Of a stretch of 64,000 bases of DNA, positions 20,632 through 31,123 are shown piece by piece. Positions within the stretch are counted from its first letter, which is position 1. Each line of letters opens with the position of its first letter. Both the position numbers and the translations under genes were made by a program. The notes beneath the pieces were generated by a model, which saw only the letters and a list, made by a program, of their open reading frames with translations, did not search any database and had not been told where the DNA came from. The stretch spans positions 1 through 64,000 of the IMG/VR virus record IMGVR_UViG_3300032304_001768, one strand, 5' to 3'. The stretch is from a virus.

Positions 20632-21063
20632 ATGAGTAATTGGATTGATTTGCCCGAAGACACCGCCAAATATCATGGGTTTGTCTATATTATCAATAAT
20701 AATCATCCTGATAGTGATAAGAAATATTATATAGGATGTAAGAAATTATTAAAAAGAGTAAAGAAAAAACCATTAAAAGGTAAAAAGAGAGCTAGAATAT
20801 CCTACGTTGACAATAATGTTGACAGCTATTGGGGTAGTTCGGAGGAGCTAAAGTCTGATATTGAACAATATGGACTTGATTTTTTCACAAAAAAGGTGTT
20901 GCATCTATGTGAAAATCAATGGGAAATGAAATTTCTTGAAATGTATGAGCAAATGAAAGCGAATGTTTTATTTGACAATTCATCATACAATGGCATAATC
21001 AACGTTAGAATTAATAAAGTTCCTAAATCATTGCAGGAAAAATACAAAGATTTTAAATTTTAA
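20632..21063 (+). CDS. Short GIY-YIG family nuclease
   Basis: 'GFVYII...YYIGCKK...YWGSS...E...YN'. Confidence 0.8.
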   Translation: MSNWIDLPEDTAKYHGFVYIINNNHPDSDKKYYIGCKKLLKRVKKKPLKGKKRARISYVDNNVDSYWGSSEELKSDIEQYGLDFFTKKVLHLCENQWEMKFLEMYEQMKANVLFDNSSYNGIINVRINKVPKSLQEKYKDFKF

Positions 21064-21066
21064 CAA

Positions 21067-21609
21067 ATGAATATTGAAAAAGAAGTTTTAGAAAGTGTGG
21101 TGGTTTCGATAGTTTTTGAAGATTCCAATAAAGAATTATTGGATATTGATGAAATTTTTAAAAAAACCAATCGAGAATTCCCTGAGATGTTGAAAAATTT
21201 AAATCTTGACATTAGTTTTGATTTTTCAAACAGGGATATCAAAAAACTATACACCACTCAATTTCTTCTAACATTTGTAGAATACATTAAGAATAGAAAC
21301 CGCACTGAGAAATTGTATCTGTTCAGCAATCAATTGACCAAAGATGCATTCCGCAACAAATTGATTCATAAATTAAAAACTATTTTTGGATTTACAGTTT
21401 TTGAGCAAATTAAGGATCTTAATGAGATTTTTGAAAAAATCACAGAATCTGATTGTGAAACGGTATCGCACGTTGAATTGTTTTTGAACACCGAGAGAAA
21501 ATTGAAATCGTTAAAACAGATCAAAAAGTATCTGAACAAAAATGGTCTGACTTATCTCAACGATGTTTATTTTAATGAGTTATCAAACAAGCTTTGTCTT
21601 TTTGTCTAA
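21067..21609 (+). CDS. Hypothetical protein
   Basis: 180-aa ORF. Confidence 0.7.
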   Translation: MNIEKEVLESVVVSIVFEDSNKELLDIDEIFKKTNREFPEMLKNLNLDISFDFSNRDIKKLYTTQFLLTFVEYIKNRNRTEKLYLFSNQLTKDAFRNKLIHKLKTIFGFTVFEQIKDLNEIFEKITESDCETVSHVELFLNTERKLKSLKQIKKYLNKNGLTYLNDVYFNELSNKLCLFV

Positions 21610-21617
21610 ATACAGAC

Positions 21618-22010
21618 ATGAGTAAATTTCTTTCAAAAATTGAAGCTTATGATCCTACACTTGTTGAAAATTTAGATCAGCGTGATGAGTTCAGACATCT
21701 TTTAAAATCCGCTGGTTTGAACAGCGGAAACGGTTTGGATAACACTTTGTATATCGATGATCCACAAAGCAACAGAACGTTCGTTGTGCGCCTCATGAGC
21801 GTGTCTCAAGGTGCTCCGGGAACAGAACAGCCAGAAGAAGACAGCGAAGCTGATGACGCTATCGACAGCGCATCCAAGACAAATACATCCGCCGCACAAG
21901 CGCGAGCAAATCGGAAAAAAGCAGTTGATAGTAAACTTCCTGCGATTTTGAAGGATTACAACGCTGGGACCAAGAGAATCGCTAATTACAAGCCACAGCC
22001 AAACATATGA
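21618..22010 (+). CDS. Hypothetical late protein
   Basis: Start reassigned to ATG 21618 (TAAATA-N5-ATG). Confidence 0.7.
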   Translation: MSKFLSKIEAYDPTLVENLDQRDEFRHLLKSAGLNSGNGLDNTLYIDDPQSNRTFVVRLMSVSQGAPGTEQPEEDSEADDAIDSASKTNTSAAQARANRKKAVDSKLPAILKDYNAGTKRIANYKPQPNI

Positions 22011-22387
22011 AAAGTAAGACGCTATCTTTAATTCAACATCACATCAGGCTTATCAGAGAGCAAGGTGAAGAAATGCAACAAGGTGATGTGCCTATGGATG
22101 ATGGTTCTCAACAGCAAGTTGCTCCAGAACAACCACCAGCTGCACCCGCTACTGAAATGCCATTCACAGCAGCTTCGGAAAACATGTATGTCAAATTTAT
22201 GATCGACATGGGAACCAAGTGGATGTCTGATACTAAAAATACAGAAGATGCCGCTTTACTCAATGCATTGAGCGATCAATTCTCAGCAGGTAGCAAAGTA
22301 AATGCCAAGCAAATGTTTGAAGAATTCTTGACAATCATCAAACCATATATGGGCGAAGGCATTTCAGAATTGCTCGATCAAATTTAA
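22007..22387 (+). CDS. Hypothetical protein
   Basis: 126 aa, ATGA-coupled to the upstream gene. Confidence 0.7.
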   Translation: MKSKTLSLIQHHIRLIREQGEEMQQGDVPMDDGSQQQVAPEQPPAAPATEMPFTAASENMYVKFMIDMGTKWMSDTKNTEDAALLNALSDQFSAGSKVNAKQMFEEFLTIIKPYMGEGISELLDQI

Positions 22388-22409
22388 AATCAAAACATTA
22401 AATAACACT

Positions 22410-22874
22410 ATGGACTTTAAACGTAAAGATAATAATTTGATTTGGGAAAATTATGCCACCGCTGGTTATAACGATGATGAAGAATCTTCGGCGATTGATG
22501 ATCTAAATTCAATGGGGGATGACGATGATTACAATGAGCATGAATATGATGAACATGAATACGACGACGAGCATGGCGACGAGACATCAGTTGTAATGTC
22601 ATTTGATACCGATTCAGCGGTGCAACCATCAATCGAACATGATGCCGATTCTGATGAAAAAAGTGAATTGTGTGAAATGATTTGTTCTGAACTTAAGAAG
22701 CTTTCTGAATATGCTAAGCGTTTGGAGAAAATGGCAAATGAAGCTGATTTCGAAGAATGGATGCTTGCCAAGATTACCAAGGCAGCTGACTACGCCTCTG
22801 ATGTTTATTATTCCGCAAGTTCCAAGGCCGACTACGCAAATAGTCCTGATCTTGACGACGAATACGAATTCTAA
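22410..22874 (+). CDS. Acidic hypothetical late protein
   Basis: TAAATA-N5-ATG; D/E-rich; 'EEWMLAKITKAADY' helical motif. Confidence 0.75.
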   Translation: MDFKRKDNNLIWENYATAGYNDDEESSAIDDLNSMGDDDDYNEHEYDEHEYDDEHGDETSVVMSFDTDSAVQPSIEHDADSDEKSELCEMICSELKKLSEYAKRLEKMANEADFEEWMLAKITKAADYASDVYYSASSKADYANSPDLDDEYEF

Positions 22875-22877
22875 AAT

Positions 22878-23333
22878 ATGCTAAAATTCAATCAGTTTTT
22901 CTATGAAAAATATGTTCTCGGCTTGATCGAGAATATTTATCTCTTTGATTTAGAAGGAGTTGGAAAAATCGCGTCTAAATTAGACAGCGGCAACGGAGCT
23001 TTTAACGTATTACACGGAGAAAATATTGAAATTTCTCCTGATAAGGAATATGTGCGTTTCGTTACCGTAAATAATTTTTCATTGGAAAAACCTGTAATTG
23101 GAACCATCAGCATCAACGTGGGCGCTGGTAACACAGAAGACCGCCCGGTTGTTGAATTCGATGTTGAAATAGGAGGAAAGAGATTTTCTAAAGTTCCATT
23201 CAGCATTGGAAATAGAAGCACAAATGATCACAAAATTCTTATAGGTAAAAAGTTCATCCAAAATAATTTAAATGCGCTTATTGATGTAAGTCTTATTAAT
23301 GTGGCTGATAAAAATATTGAAGTTAAATACTGA
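22878..23333 (+). CDS. Retropepsin-like aspartic protease (RimK-associated type)
   Basis: 'SKLDSGNG' catalytic motif, 'EDRPVVEFD', 'R...KILIGKKFI'. Confidence 0.85.
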   Translation: MLKFNQFFYEKYVLGLIENIYLFDLEGVGKIASKLDSGNGAFNVLHGENIEISPDKEYVRFVTVNNFSLEKPVIGTISINVGAGNTEDRPVVEFDVEIGGKRFSKVPFSIGNRSTNDHKILIGKKFIQNNLNALIDVSLINVADKNIEVKY

Positions 23334-23334
23334 T

Positions 23335-23868
23335 ATGAGAAAATATACCCAACGCGAATTGTTAGAAGAAGGTTTTTGGTCAACGGTTAAAAAAATAGGA
23401 TCTGGGATTAAAAGAACAGCCAAAATAGCCGATAAAGTATTAACCCCAGTTTTACCTGAAGTTACAAGACTTGTAAAAGATCCTGTTAATTATATTAAAG
23501 GAATTAAAGATGCTGCAACAGGATACGACCCCAAATCCAAAGATTTGTCTGATAAAGCGATACATGAAATGGAAGCTAACTTGGCCAAACAAGGATACAC
23601 ATTAGATCCAAATGATATTCCTAGATATGAAGGAAACTACAACAACATGCCATCATATTCAGTTTATGTAACAGACAGTAATGGAAATGCTACAACACTT
23701 ACTGTTGATAAAAAAGGAAATAAGATTACTACAAGAACAAGAAGTAGGAATACCAGACGACCAGCAGCGACACCTACCGCAACTTCAACAGCGCAAACTA
23801 CAACCCCAACTACACCTACAGCGCCTACAACTCCACCCGGAAACGTTGTTCCATTCACAAGACCGTGA
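23335..23868 (+). CDS. Hypothetical late protein with Thr/Pro-rich tail
   Basis: Start reassigned to ATG 23335 (TAAATA-N5-ATG); N-terminus 'MRKYTQRELLEEG'. Confidence 0.75.
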   Translation: MRKYTQRELLEEGFWSTVKKIGSGIKRTAKIADKVLTPVLPEVTRLVKDPVNYIKGIKDAATGYDPKSKDLSDKAIHEMEANLAKQGYTLDPNDIPRYEGNYNNMPSYSVYVTDSNGNATTLTVDKKGNKITTRTRSRNTRRPAATPTATSTAQTTTPTTPTAPTTPPGNVVPFTRP

Positions 23869-23909
23869 ATTTAATTTGACAAAGTTTCGTGGTGTGCTAT
23901 CTTCATAAC

Positions 23910-24170
23910 GTGAAGATAGAAATAGTAACAATCAACGACGAGTCATTCAAGCTTAATGTGGCGCAATTCGGAACACACTTTGTAGCCACAGATGGTGAAC
24001 GAGTGTGTATAGGTTCTACGGAAACAGACGCTATTTCAGGCGTTGCTGAAATGATTGAAATTGCAGAAAATGTAGTGGTCAACAATCCACCTGCCGAAAG
24101 ACAAAAAATCCCGGCCCCTATCGAAAACAATAAAGGCGCGGGATGGTTTGCTGGAACTAGCTGGGGTTAA
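23910..24170 (+). CDS. Small hypothetical protein
   Basis: GTG 6 nt after TTGACA-N16-TATCTT. Confidence 0.6.
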   Translation: MKIEIVTINDESFKLNVAQFGTHFVATDGERVCIGSTETDAISGVAEMIEIAENVVVNNPPAERQKIPAPIENNKGAGWFAGTSWG

Positions 24171-24907
24171 ACTCCCAAGACTTGAGTGATGTGTTTCAGT
24201 AGCGGACTACGAACAACGTCATCAGCGTCAAATTTAACACAATGGATGTTATTTTTTCTGGAATGTTCCGTGTCAAATAAAGAGTGAACCTTTTCAAATC
24301 CAGAATCTTTGATATCGGCCTGTCTAGCATCTCCACAAACGATATACTTGGTGTTTCGTCCGAAGCGGGTAAGAATAGTGGCTAGTTCGCTTTTGCTCAT
24401 ATTTTGAGCTTCGTCAATAATCACAAAAGAATTGTGGAATGTAAGACCTCTTACGAAGTTTACAGGAACTGCCTTGATGTAATTGTTGTTCATCAATTGA
24501 CCACACATCGCGTCATCAACGATTTCATGCAACTTATCCATCAATGGCATGGTATATGGACCAAATTTCTCGTCCAATTCACCGGGCAAAGCTCCAATAC
24601 TTCGGGATGAGCTTTCAACAACGGATCGAATGTAAATGATTTGGTCAACTTTACCTTCTTTCAAATGCTCCATCGCAGCATAAACAGAGAGATAGGTTTT
24701 GTTGGTTCCCGCCAATCCATCAATAAATACCATGTTAGTATTTTGATTGTTGATTGTGTAATAACACTGTTTTTGATTTGGTGTCAACGGGAATTGTTTT
24801 TTTAATTTCATGTTATCCAAATTGAAATTTTTCTTATAGGCATCTATAAAATCAATTTCAATTTCATCAATTTCTTTACGCTTGCGCGTAGAACGTTTTG
24901 TGCTCAT
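24167..24907 (-). CDS. phoH: PhoH-family ATPase
   Basis: 'GLAGTNKT', 'GALPG', 'RGLTF', 'DEAQN', 'GDARQAD', 'DVVRS'. Confidence 0.95.
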   Translation of the reverse strand: MSTKRSTRKRKEIDEIEIDFIDAYKKNFNLDNMKLKKQFPLTPNQKQCYYTINNQNTNMVFIDGLAGTNKTYLSVYAAMEHLKEGKVDQIIYIRSVVESSSRSIGALPGELDEKFGPYTMPLMDKLHEIVDDAMCGQLMNNNYIKAVPVNFVRGLTFHNSFVIIDEAQNMSKSELATILTRFGRNTKYIVCGDARQADIKDSGFEKVHSLFDTEHSRKNNIHCVKFDADDVVRSPLLKHITQVLGV

Positions 24908-25016
24908 TCTATAATATTTAATTCAAAAAGTGGGGGTGGTGGCAGTGTCCAATTTCACTACAAAAATACTAAATAATGAAACTTGACATCCTCGAAACGT
25001 CCGTTACAGTCGGTGC

Positions 25017-25682
25017 ATGAATCAGCGAATTCTAGTTCTGAACAGGTATTATTTCCCTGTTGGCGTTTGCGACGAAAGGAAAACTTTCGGCAACATCTTC
25101 TCAGAAGTGGTGTATCCATTGGACATCATTTATGAAATTGATGAAAACGGCAATAAAACTGATAATGTTGACTATTTTAACCTTATTAAGGGAAGCAAAG
25201 ACTGGTTGAATCTTCCTGTGCGAGAATACGATGACTTCATACTCACCACAAAAGGTAAGGTGAGAGTTCCTAGTGTTGTTGTGTGTGCGTCTTACGATAG
25301 AATACCTCACAAGCAGGTGTATTTCCCGACAAAGATGAATATCATCAAGAGAGACAGCAATACTTGTTGTTACTCTGGTATAAAGCTTACAAAGGAAACT
25401 TCTACCATTGACCACATCATTCCTAGATCAAAGCATACTGGCAACGCCAACACTTGGGAGAACCAAGTTTGCTGCCACAGAGAGCTTAATATCTGGAAGA
25501 GTGACAGACGACCAGACGAATGTGATTTGACGAAATTCACTCCAAAAGATGATGATCTTAAAGCTTGGGTGGCATCACAGGGTAAGAAACTGAAACTCAA
25601 GAAATCGCCCACAAAGCCTAAAAATGGATTTGTTTTTGTTGATTTCTTAGAAGAATGGGATTTGTTCTTGAAAAATGTTTGA
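25017..25682 (+). CDS. HNH endonuclease, McrA-like
   Basis: 'LVLN', 'VPSV', 'RDSNTCCYSG', 'TIDHIIPRS', 'WEN...N..K'. Confidence 0.9.
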   Translation: MNQRILVLNRYYFPVGVCDERKTFGNIFSEVVYPLDIIYEIDENGNKTDNVDYFNLIKGSKDWLNLPVREYDDFILTTKGKVRVPSVVVCASYDRIPHKQVYFPTKMNIIKRDSNTCCYSGIKLTKETSTIDHIIPRSKHTGNANTWENQVCCHRELNIWKSDRRPDECDLTKFTPKDDDLKAWVASQGKKLKLKKSPTKPKNGFVFVDFLEEWDLFLKNV

Positions 25683-25703
25683 TGTGTGCTAAATTATCTC
25701 TAT

Positions 25704-26447
25704 ATGAGATTAGCTATAAGCGGAACTGCATGTGTGGGAAAGTCAACTTTACTCAAAGCGTTTCTTCAGCGGTGGCCTATGTATGGGACACCGCTGAAGA
25801 CGTATCGTGATGTCATCACAGAAAATGATCTTGAGCATTCGTCCAAAACCACAGAAGAAACCCAATTGTTGATTCTTGATTGGATGATGACAACACAAGA
25901 GAAATTCAAGAAAGAAGACAATATCATTTTCGATAGATGCTCTTGGGACAATTTGGCCTACACATTGGTTGGAAATGCCAATAACAAGATCAATAATGAA
26001 GTCACAGCAGCTTCTATTTCTCTGGTGCGAGAAAGCCTCAAGAACATTGACATCATATTCTGGCTTCGTCATGACGAAGATATCGCAATTGTTGATGATG
26101 GTCTTCGTGATGTCAGTAAGGATCATATCTTGGAAGTTGATGATGTATTTGCTCAATTGTATGAGCAATATGCCGAAGATCTTGAAACCGATATTTTCTA
26201 TCCAAAAGAGGATTGCCCAGCTATTATTGAGGTTTATGGCAAGACCGTTGACGATAGAATCAGTTTCATTTCCAATTTCATTGATGAAAAAGGAGAACTC
26301 ATCGAACCTGATGAAAACTTTTTCAGCGAAGAAAATCTTCAAGTGCTGGAACAAATGCTCAAAGAACAAGAAAAGGCGCAAAAGGATGACGAAACTATTG
26401 TTAAACTAACCAACGATATCAAAAATGGAAAGTCTGGTAAAAGGTAA
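25704..26447 (+). CDS. P-loop nucleotide kinase (dNMP kinase-like)
   Basis: 'ISGTACVGKST', 'IFDRC..DNLAY', 'DDGLRD'. Confidence 0.8.
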   Translation: MRLAISGTACVGKSTLLKAFLQRWPMYGTPLKTYRDVITENDLEHSSKTTEETQLLILDWMMTTQEKFKKEDNIIFDRCSWDNLAYTLVGNANNKINNEVTAASISLVRESLKNIDIIFWLRHDEDIAIVDDGLRDVSKDHILEVDDVFAQLYEQYAEDLETDIFYPKEDCPAIIEVYGKTVDDRISFISNFIDEKGELIEPDENFFSEENLQVLEQMLKEQEKAQKDDETIVKLTNDIKNGKSGKR

Positions 26448-26468
26448 AATGAAATTTGGGTTGGAATA

Positions 26469-27383
26469 TTAGATAAATTCCAACCCAAACCCAGCTTCTT
26501 TGGCGGTTTTATTTATAAAAGAAAAATCTAAATTAGAAAATTTTGCTATGGTTTTAGTTATAATTTTATCTGGATTTTTGCAAAGCCTTTGAATACTTGA
26601 TTTTTTTATAGCGCCGTGAGCGTTACTAGCTTCTTGATAAGTTTCAAACTTGCCCAGTGGAGTAATATAAAAATGCTTAAACATTGGATTATTTTTTCCT
26701 TTAACTTTTATTTTCATTTTCTCAGAATGTTTTCGCATAACGTCCCAATTATCTTTATTTTTTCCAATTTTCCAGTTGGCGCTCTTCCTAATACCTTCTA
26801 TCATAGCATCAGTGGGATTTTCCCATGTCTTTTTAAGAGAATTTGATTGTTTACGTAATTTTTTGTTAGTTTTTTTAGTATCGCCCCTCCAAGAATTTGG
26901 TATAGATTTTCGCCATTTATGTATTTCAGATACTGATTTATTAGCAATTGTATTACTTCTTTTTTCTTGAATTTTCTGTTGATCTAACTGACCATATGAT
27001 TCTTTAAATTTTGCAATTCGTTCAACTTCTTTCAATTGTCGTTTGGAGTTTATAATTTTAATAGTTTCAGGCGTGTTGAAAATAGAATGCCCGGAATTGC
27101 CATTCCAACCGCTCCCATGCGCATACAAAGTGTGTTTTGATTCTAATTCCTCTCGTTTTGAAATATATTCAAAATCGCCAGTTTCTACCAACTCAACACG
27201 AAATTCAGATTCTCCATATTCCAAAATTCCCTTATATAGGTGTTTACCACCCTTGCCTATTTTATGTTCTTCAAATCGGTCCAGATAGGTTTTATTGGCA
27301 GCATATACCATACCCCAATAAACCCAACCATTAACATCACACGTTATTTTATATAATTGAGCTATAATATGATTATTTGACAT
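26469..27383 (-). CDS. Divergent GIY-YIG-like homing endonuclease
   Basis: 'QLYKIT...VYWG...RFEEH...E...GWN', basic repeats, 'GKNNPM', 'YITPLGKF'; TAAATA-N5-ATG at 27383. Confidence 0.75.
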   Translation of the reverse strand: MSNNHIIAQLYKITCDVNGWVYWGMVYAANKTYLDRFEEHKIGKGGKHLYKGILEYGESEFRVELVETGDFEYISKREELESKHTLYAHGSGWNGNSGHSIFNTPETIKIINSKRQLKEVERIAKFKESYGQLDQQKIQEKRSNTIANKSVSEIHKWRKSIPNSWRGDTKKTNKKLRKQSNSLKKTWENPTDAMIEGIRKSANWKIGKNKDNWDVMRKHSEKMKIKVKGKNNPMFKHFYITPLGKFETYQEASNAHGAIKKSSIQRLCKNPDKIITKTIAKFSNLDFSFINKTAKEAGFGLEFI

Positions 27384-27447
27384 AAAATTATTTAGTGTAG
27401 TGACACACAATAGACTTGACTTTTGTAATACATGTTTAATTACTTTT

Positions 27448-28251
27448 ATGAATGATAAAAAATCCATAGGAATTGGAATTTTGACTTGCGACCGTCCTGA
27501 ATTGTTTGAGAAATGCTATGGATCAGTTCCTCCTGATGCGGAAACTGAGCTTGTAGTGGTTAATGACGGAGCATCTAAGGATCATTTGAAAGATATCACC
27601 AATTTGATATCGCATGATGAACCTTATCAGGGTGTTGGTAAAAGTAAAAACGACGCTTTGAAATTTTTGTTTGATAAAGGGTGTGATTACTTCTTCTTGA
27701 TTGAAGATGATATCTACATTAAAAATCCAGAAGTCTTTCAAAAATACATCGAAGCTTCCAAATATACGGGAATTCAACATTTCAATTATTCTCAACACGG
27801 ATTGATGAATAAGACATTTGATGGCACAAGTCAACCAAATCCAACATATATAGCGGAATATGGAACTATGAAACTTCCGTTGTATCCACATTGCGTTGGT
27901 GCATTTTCCTTCTACACAAGGCAATGTATCAATCACGCTGGGTTTTTGGATGAAAGATACTACAATGCATGCGAGCATGTTGATCATACATATGAAATCA
28001 TCAAATTGGGAATGCATCCTCCGTTTTGGAATTTTGCAGATATTGAGAATTCGTGGGAATATCTAGGCGATGAACAATGGAGCTTGCAGCAATCCACAAT
28101 TTCATCAAAGCCAAATCATTCCGAGATAATCTCAAAAGCTGACGCGATATTCATATCAAAACATAATTGCTATCCCGGTCAGATACCTACAAGCAATGAA
28201 TATGATATCATGCGAAAATTAAGAGAAATCAAAGTCGCTTACGGTAGTTGA
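27448..28251 (+). CDS. Glycosyltransferase family 2
   Basis: 'GILTCDR', 'VVNDG', 'GVGKSKN', 'LIEDD', 'EHVD'. Confidence 0.88.
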   Translation: MNDKKSIGIGILTCDRPELFEKCYGSVPPDAETELVVVNDGASKDHLKDITNLISHDEPYQGVGKSKNDALKFLFDKGCDYFFLIEDDIYIKNPEVFQKYIEASKYTGIQHFNYSQHGLMNKTFDGTSQPNPTYIAEYGTMKLPLYPHCVGAFSFYTRQCINHAGFLDERYYNACEHVDHTYEIIKLGMHPPFWNFADIENSWEYLGDEQWSLQQSTISSKPNHSEIISKADAIFISKHNCYPGQIPTSNEYDIMRKLREIKVAYGS

Positions 28252-28253
28252 TT

Positions 28254-28961
28254 ATGAATCTGACATTACTCACATGTAATTACAATACTCCGATTTTAAT
28301 TCAAAATTTATTAAAATCGGTTCGTTTGCATTGCTCTGAAATGCCTGAAATTCTTGTAATGGATACGGGAACGACTACGGATATATCGGATGTGGTGGAA
28401 GGAGCGACGTATCACACTGTGGAGAATACGTCACATGGCGATGGCGTCAACAAAGGATTCGAACTTATCGAAACTGACCATGTTTTGCTGATAGATTCCG
28501 ATGTGATCTTATATCAAGATATCACACCCATCTACGAAAAGTTCAAAAGCGGAAATTTCACATTGCTGGGAAATGTATCTGGTGATAGAGGAGGCAAGCA
28601 ATTGTATCCTAGAGTCGATCCATGGTTTTGTTTCATAAATTTGAAACATTTAAAAGAACACAATATCAAATTTTTTGATCCTGTGAGAACCAAACAAAGC
28701 AGATCAGAAGACAGGATTTATGACATAGGATCTACAATGTTTGAGGATGTAATAAATTCAAATTTGCTTATTGCTAATGCAAATTTAGAAAATAAATACT
28801 TCAAACATTACGAAGGCATGTCATGGAGAACCAAAAAATTCGATCCTTCGGCACCGGACACAGATATTGATTTTGGAGGGACTCACAACAATTCAGCGTT
28901 GTATGAATATGGTTTAATCATAAATGAGCAATACCAAAAGGATATGAAATGTTTAGTTTGA
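28254..28961 (+). CDS. Glycosyltransferase family 2-like
   Basis: 'CNYNT', 'MDTG', 'HGDGVN', 'LIDSD'. Confidence 0.8.
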   Translation: MNLTLLTCNYNTPILIQNLLKSVRLHCSEMPEILVMDTGTTTDISDVVEGATYHTVENTSHGDGVNKGFELIETDHVLLIDSDVILYQDITPIYEKFKSGNFTLLGNVSGDRGGKQLYPRVDPWFCFINLKHLKEHNIKFFDPVRTKQSRSEDRIYDIGSTMFEDVINSNLLIANANLENKYFKHYEGMSWRTKKFDPSAPDTDIDFGGTHNNSALYEYGLIINEQYQKDMKCLV

Positions 28962-29002
28962 ATTGTTGACTTTATTTTGATAAAATGTAATTAAAAAATA
29001 CA

Positions 29003-29752
29003 ATGAATACGGTATATGTTAAATTAGCAGGAGGATTGGGAAATCAACTTTTCCAAATCGCAAATGGCTATGCATACTCTAAAAAACATAATAGAGTATT
29101 ATTATTAGACGATACTGAATGGGCGGCATCGCAAGGTAAATCTCCTAAAAATTATCAAAATACAATTTTTAAAAATTTCAAATATGTTTCTGAAAAAATT
29201 ACAAAGGATTCTTATATTGAATTTCATGAACCGGAATTTAATTACAATGAAATTCCAAAATTTGATAAAGATATTTGTCTTATTGGATATTTTCAATCTT
29301 TGAAATATTTCGAAACTTATAAAGATGATTTCATTTCTCAATTAGAGTTACCAGAATGTAACTTATTTAAAGATTCTGTGGCAGTTCATATCCGACGAGG
29401 TGATTATTTACAACACGCGCATATTCATTATGTTTGCGACACAGAATATTTTTCAAAAAATATCAAAGAATTTTCTGAAAAAAATATTAATGTATTCACC
29501 GATTCTTTAGAATTGGTCCAATCAGAATTCAATGATCATAATTTCAGAATTATTCAGACTGAATCTGAATTGATGGATTTAATGGCGATGGCAAATCATA
29601 CCGATATAATTTGTAGCAATAGTTCATTTTCTTGGTGGGCGTCTCTCTTAGGAGTTAAAAAAAATAAAATAATAGTGCCCACACGATGGTTTAACAATTT
29701 TCAAAATCATGACGACATCTATAGAACAGACTTCACCTTATCAAAAATCTGA
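29003..29752 (+). CDS. Alpha-1,2-fucosyltransferase-like, GT11
   Basis: 'GGLGNQLFQ', 'GYFQS', 'HIRRGDY', 'NSSFSWW'. Confidence 0.93.
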   Translation: MNTVYVKLAGGLGNQLFQIANGYAYSKKHNRVLLLDDTEWAASQGKSPKNYQNTIFKNFKYVSEKITKDSYIEFHEPEFNYNEIPKFDKDICLIGYFQSLKYFETYKDDFISQLELPECNLFKDSVAVHIRRGDYLQHAHIHYVCDTEYFSKNIKEFSEKNINVFTDSLELVQSEFNDHNFRIIQTESELMDLMAMANHTDIICSNSSFSWWASLLGVKKNKIIVPTRWFNNFQNHDDIYRTDFTLSKI

Positions 29753-30467
29753 TATTTCAGTAATAATTCCATTTTATTTTGATAATCCTGATCGGATTGC
29801 AAATTTAAACACTCTTGTTAAATTTTTAGAATTTATAGGAATATCAGATATATTAATAAGTGAGTATTATAATACTGTTCCAATGGTAAGTAATATCAAT
29901 GGGCGGTATTTAGGAACATGCATTGGCGATAGTCCATATAATAGATGTCATTGTATCAATAAAGCTTTTGAGCATTCCAATGGAAAAATAATAGCTATTT
30001 GGGATGTTGATGTGATATTTCAAACATCTGTCATTGACAAAGCACTTCAATTGTTTAATTCTGGTAGTGATATAATATATCCATATGATGGCAGATTTTA
30101 TAATTTGCCAAAATCAGAGTTTCATCAATTAACGACTGGAAATATAGATTTATCTAAATGTGAGTTGTGGAGTTCTAATTCTGTTGGCGGTTGCGTGATG
30201 TTTAAACGAGAAACATTTGAACAGGGAGGCAAATATAATCCTAATTTTTTAGAATGGGGTTACGAAGATAATGAAATTGTCGCAAGGTTCACCACACTAG
30301 GATACAATATAAACAGAACAGACGGTTGTTTAATTCATATGGAACATGATAGAAATAAATACGCCGATGGCCGAGGTGAGTATGTTAATAAAAATCAATT
30401 AATATATAATCATATAAAAAATATGAATAAAGAACAATTATTATTAGAAATAGATACATGGAAATAA
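29709..30467 (+). CDS. Galactosyltransferase-like (GT2/GT7 C-terminal domain)
   Basis: 'WDVD', 'SVGG', 'GGKYNPNFLEWGYEDNE', 'HMEH'. Confidence 0.85.
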   Translation: MTTSIEQTSPYQKSDISVIIPFYFDNPDRIANLNTLVKFLEFIGISDILISEYYNTVPMVSNINGRYLGTCIGDSPYNRCHCINKAFEHSNGKIIAIWDVDVIFQTSVIDKALQLFNSGSDIIYPYDGRFYNLPKSEFHQLTTGNIDLSKCELWSSNSVGGCVMFKRETFEQGGKYNPNFLEWGYEDNEIVARFTTLGYNINRTDGCLIHMEHDRNKYADGRGEYVNKNQLIYNHIKNMNKEQLLLEIDTWK

Positions 30468-31123
30468 ATTTAATTTTATATAGCAATAATAAATTCATGC
30501 GAATCGCACTCGATCATATTGTAAAATATAAAAATAATTTTAAAAATATTTATTTATATACTGATGATCATATTGTCGATACTGAATTCTATAAAAACAA
30601 CATTGACATATTAACATCAGATCGTGGTGGTGGATATTGGTTATGGAAACCTTATATCTTATTGGATCAATGCTACAAAAATCCAAATGAAAAATTTTTG
30701 TATATGGATTGTGGAGATGAGATAGATATTGAAAATATTCCAAAACTTTTAGAAATTTTAGGAGATTCATCATTATGTTTGGCTAAAAATTTTCACTCAC
30801 ATTCAGCATACACAAAAAGGGATTGTTTTTATTTTATGAATTGCGATGACAATAAATATTGGAACGCTTATCAAATTGAAGCTGGTAATATTTTATTCAA
30901 AGCTGATGAATATAGCATTAAAATATTCGAAGAATGGTTATATTGGTGCAAAGATCCTAGAATATTGACAGATATTCCAAATGAATGTGGCTTTCCAAAT
31001 CATTCCAATTTTATTCAACACAGATGGGATCAGAGTGTATTGACAAATTTACAAATCAAATATGATTTGTATTCAACAACTGATTTCACTTTCTTATTCA
31101 ATCATAACAAATTTATACCATGA
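30458..31123 (+). CDS. Putative GT-A glycosyltransferase
   Basis: 'RGGGYWLWKPYI', 'YMDCG', 'HRWDQSVL'. Confidence 0.65.
   Translation: MEINLILYSNNKFMRIALDHIVKYKNNFKNIYLYTDDHIVDTEFYKNNIDILTSDRGGGYWLWKPYILLDQCYKNPNEKFLYMDCGDEIDIENIPKLLEILGDSSLCLAKNFHSHSAYTKRDCFYFMNCDDNKYWNAYQIEAGNILFKADEYSIKIFEEWLYWCKDPRILTDIPNECGFPNHSNFIQHRWDQSVLTNLQIKYDLYSTTDFTFLFNHNKFIP

Noticed and set aside
25749-26381. 210-aa antisense ORF and many similar shadow ORFs
   Set aside because: They lie opposite well-supported genes and have no recognisable motifs; expected by-products of codon bias.
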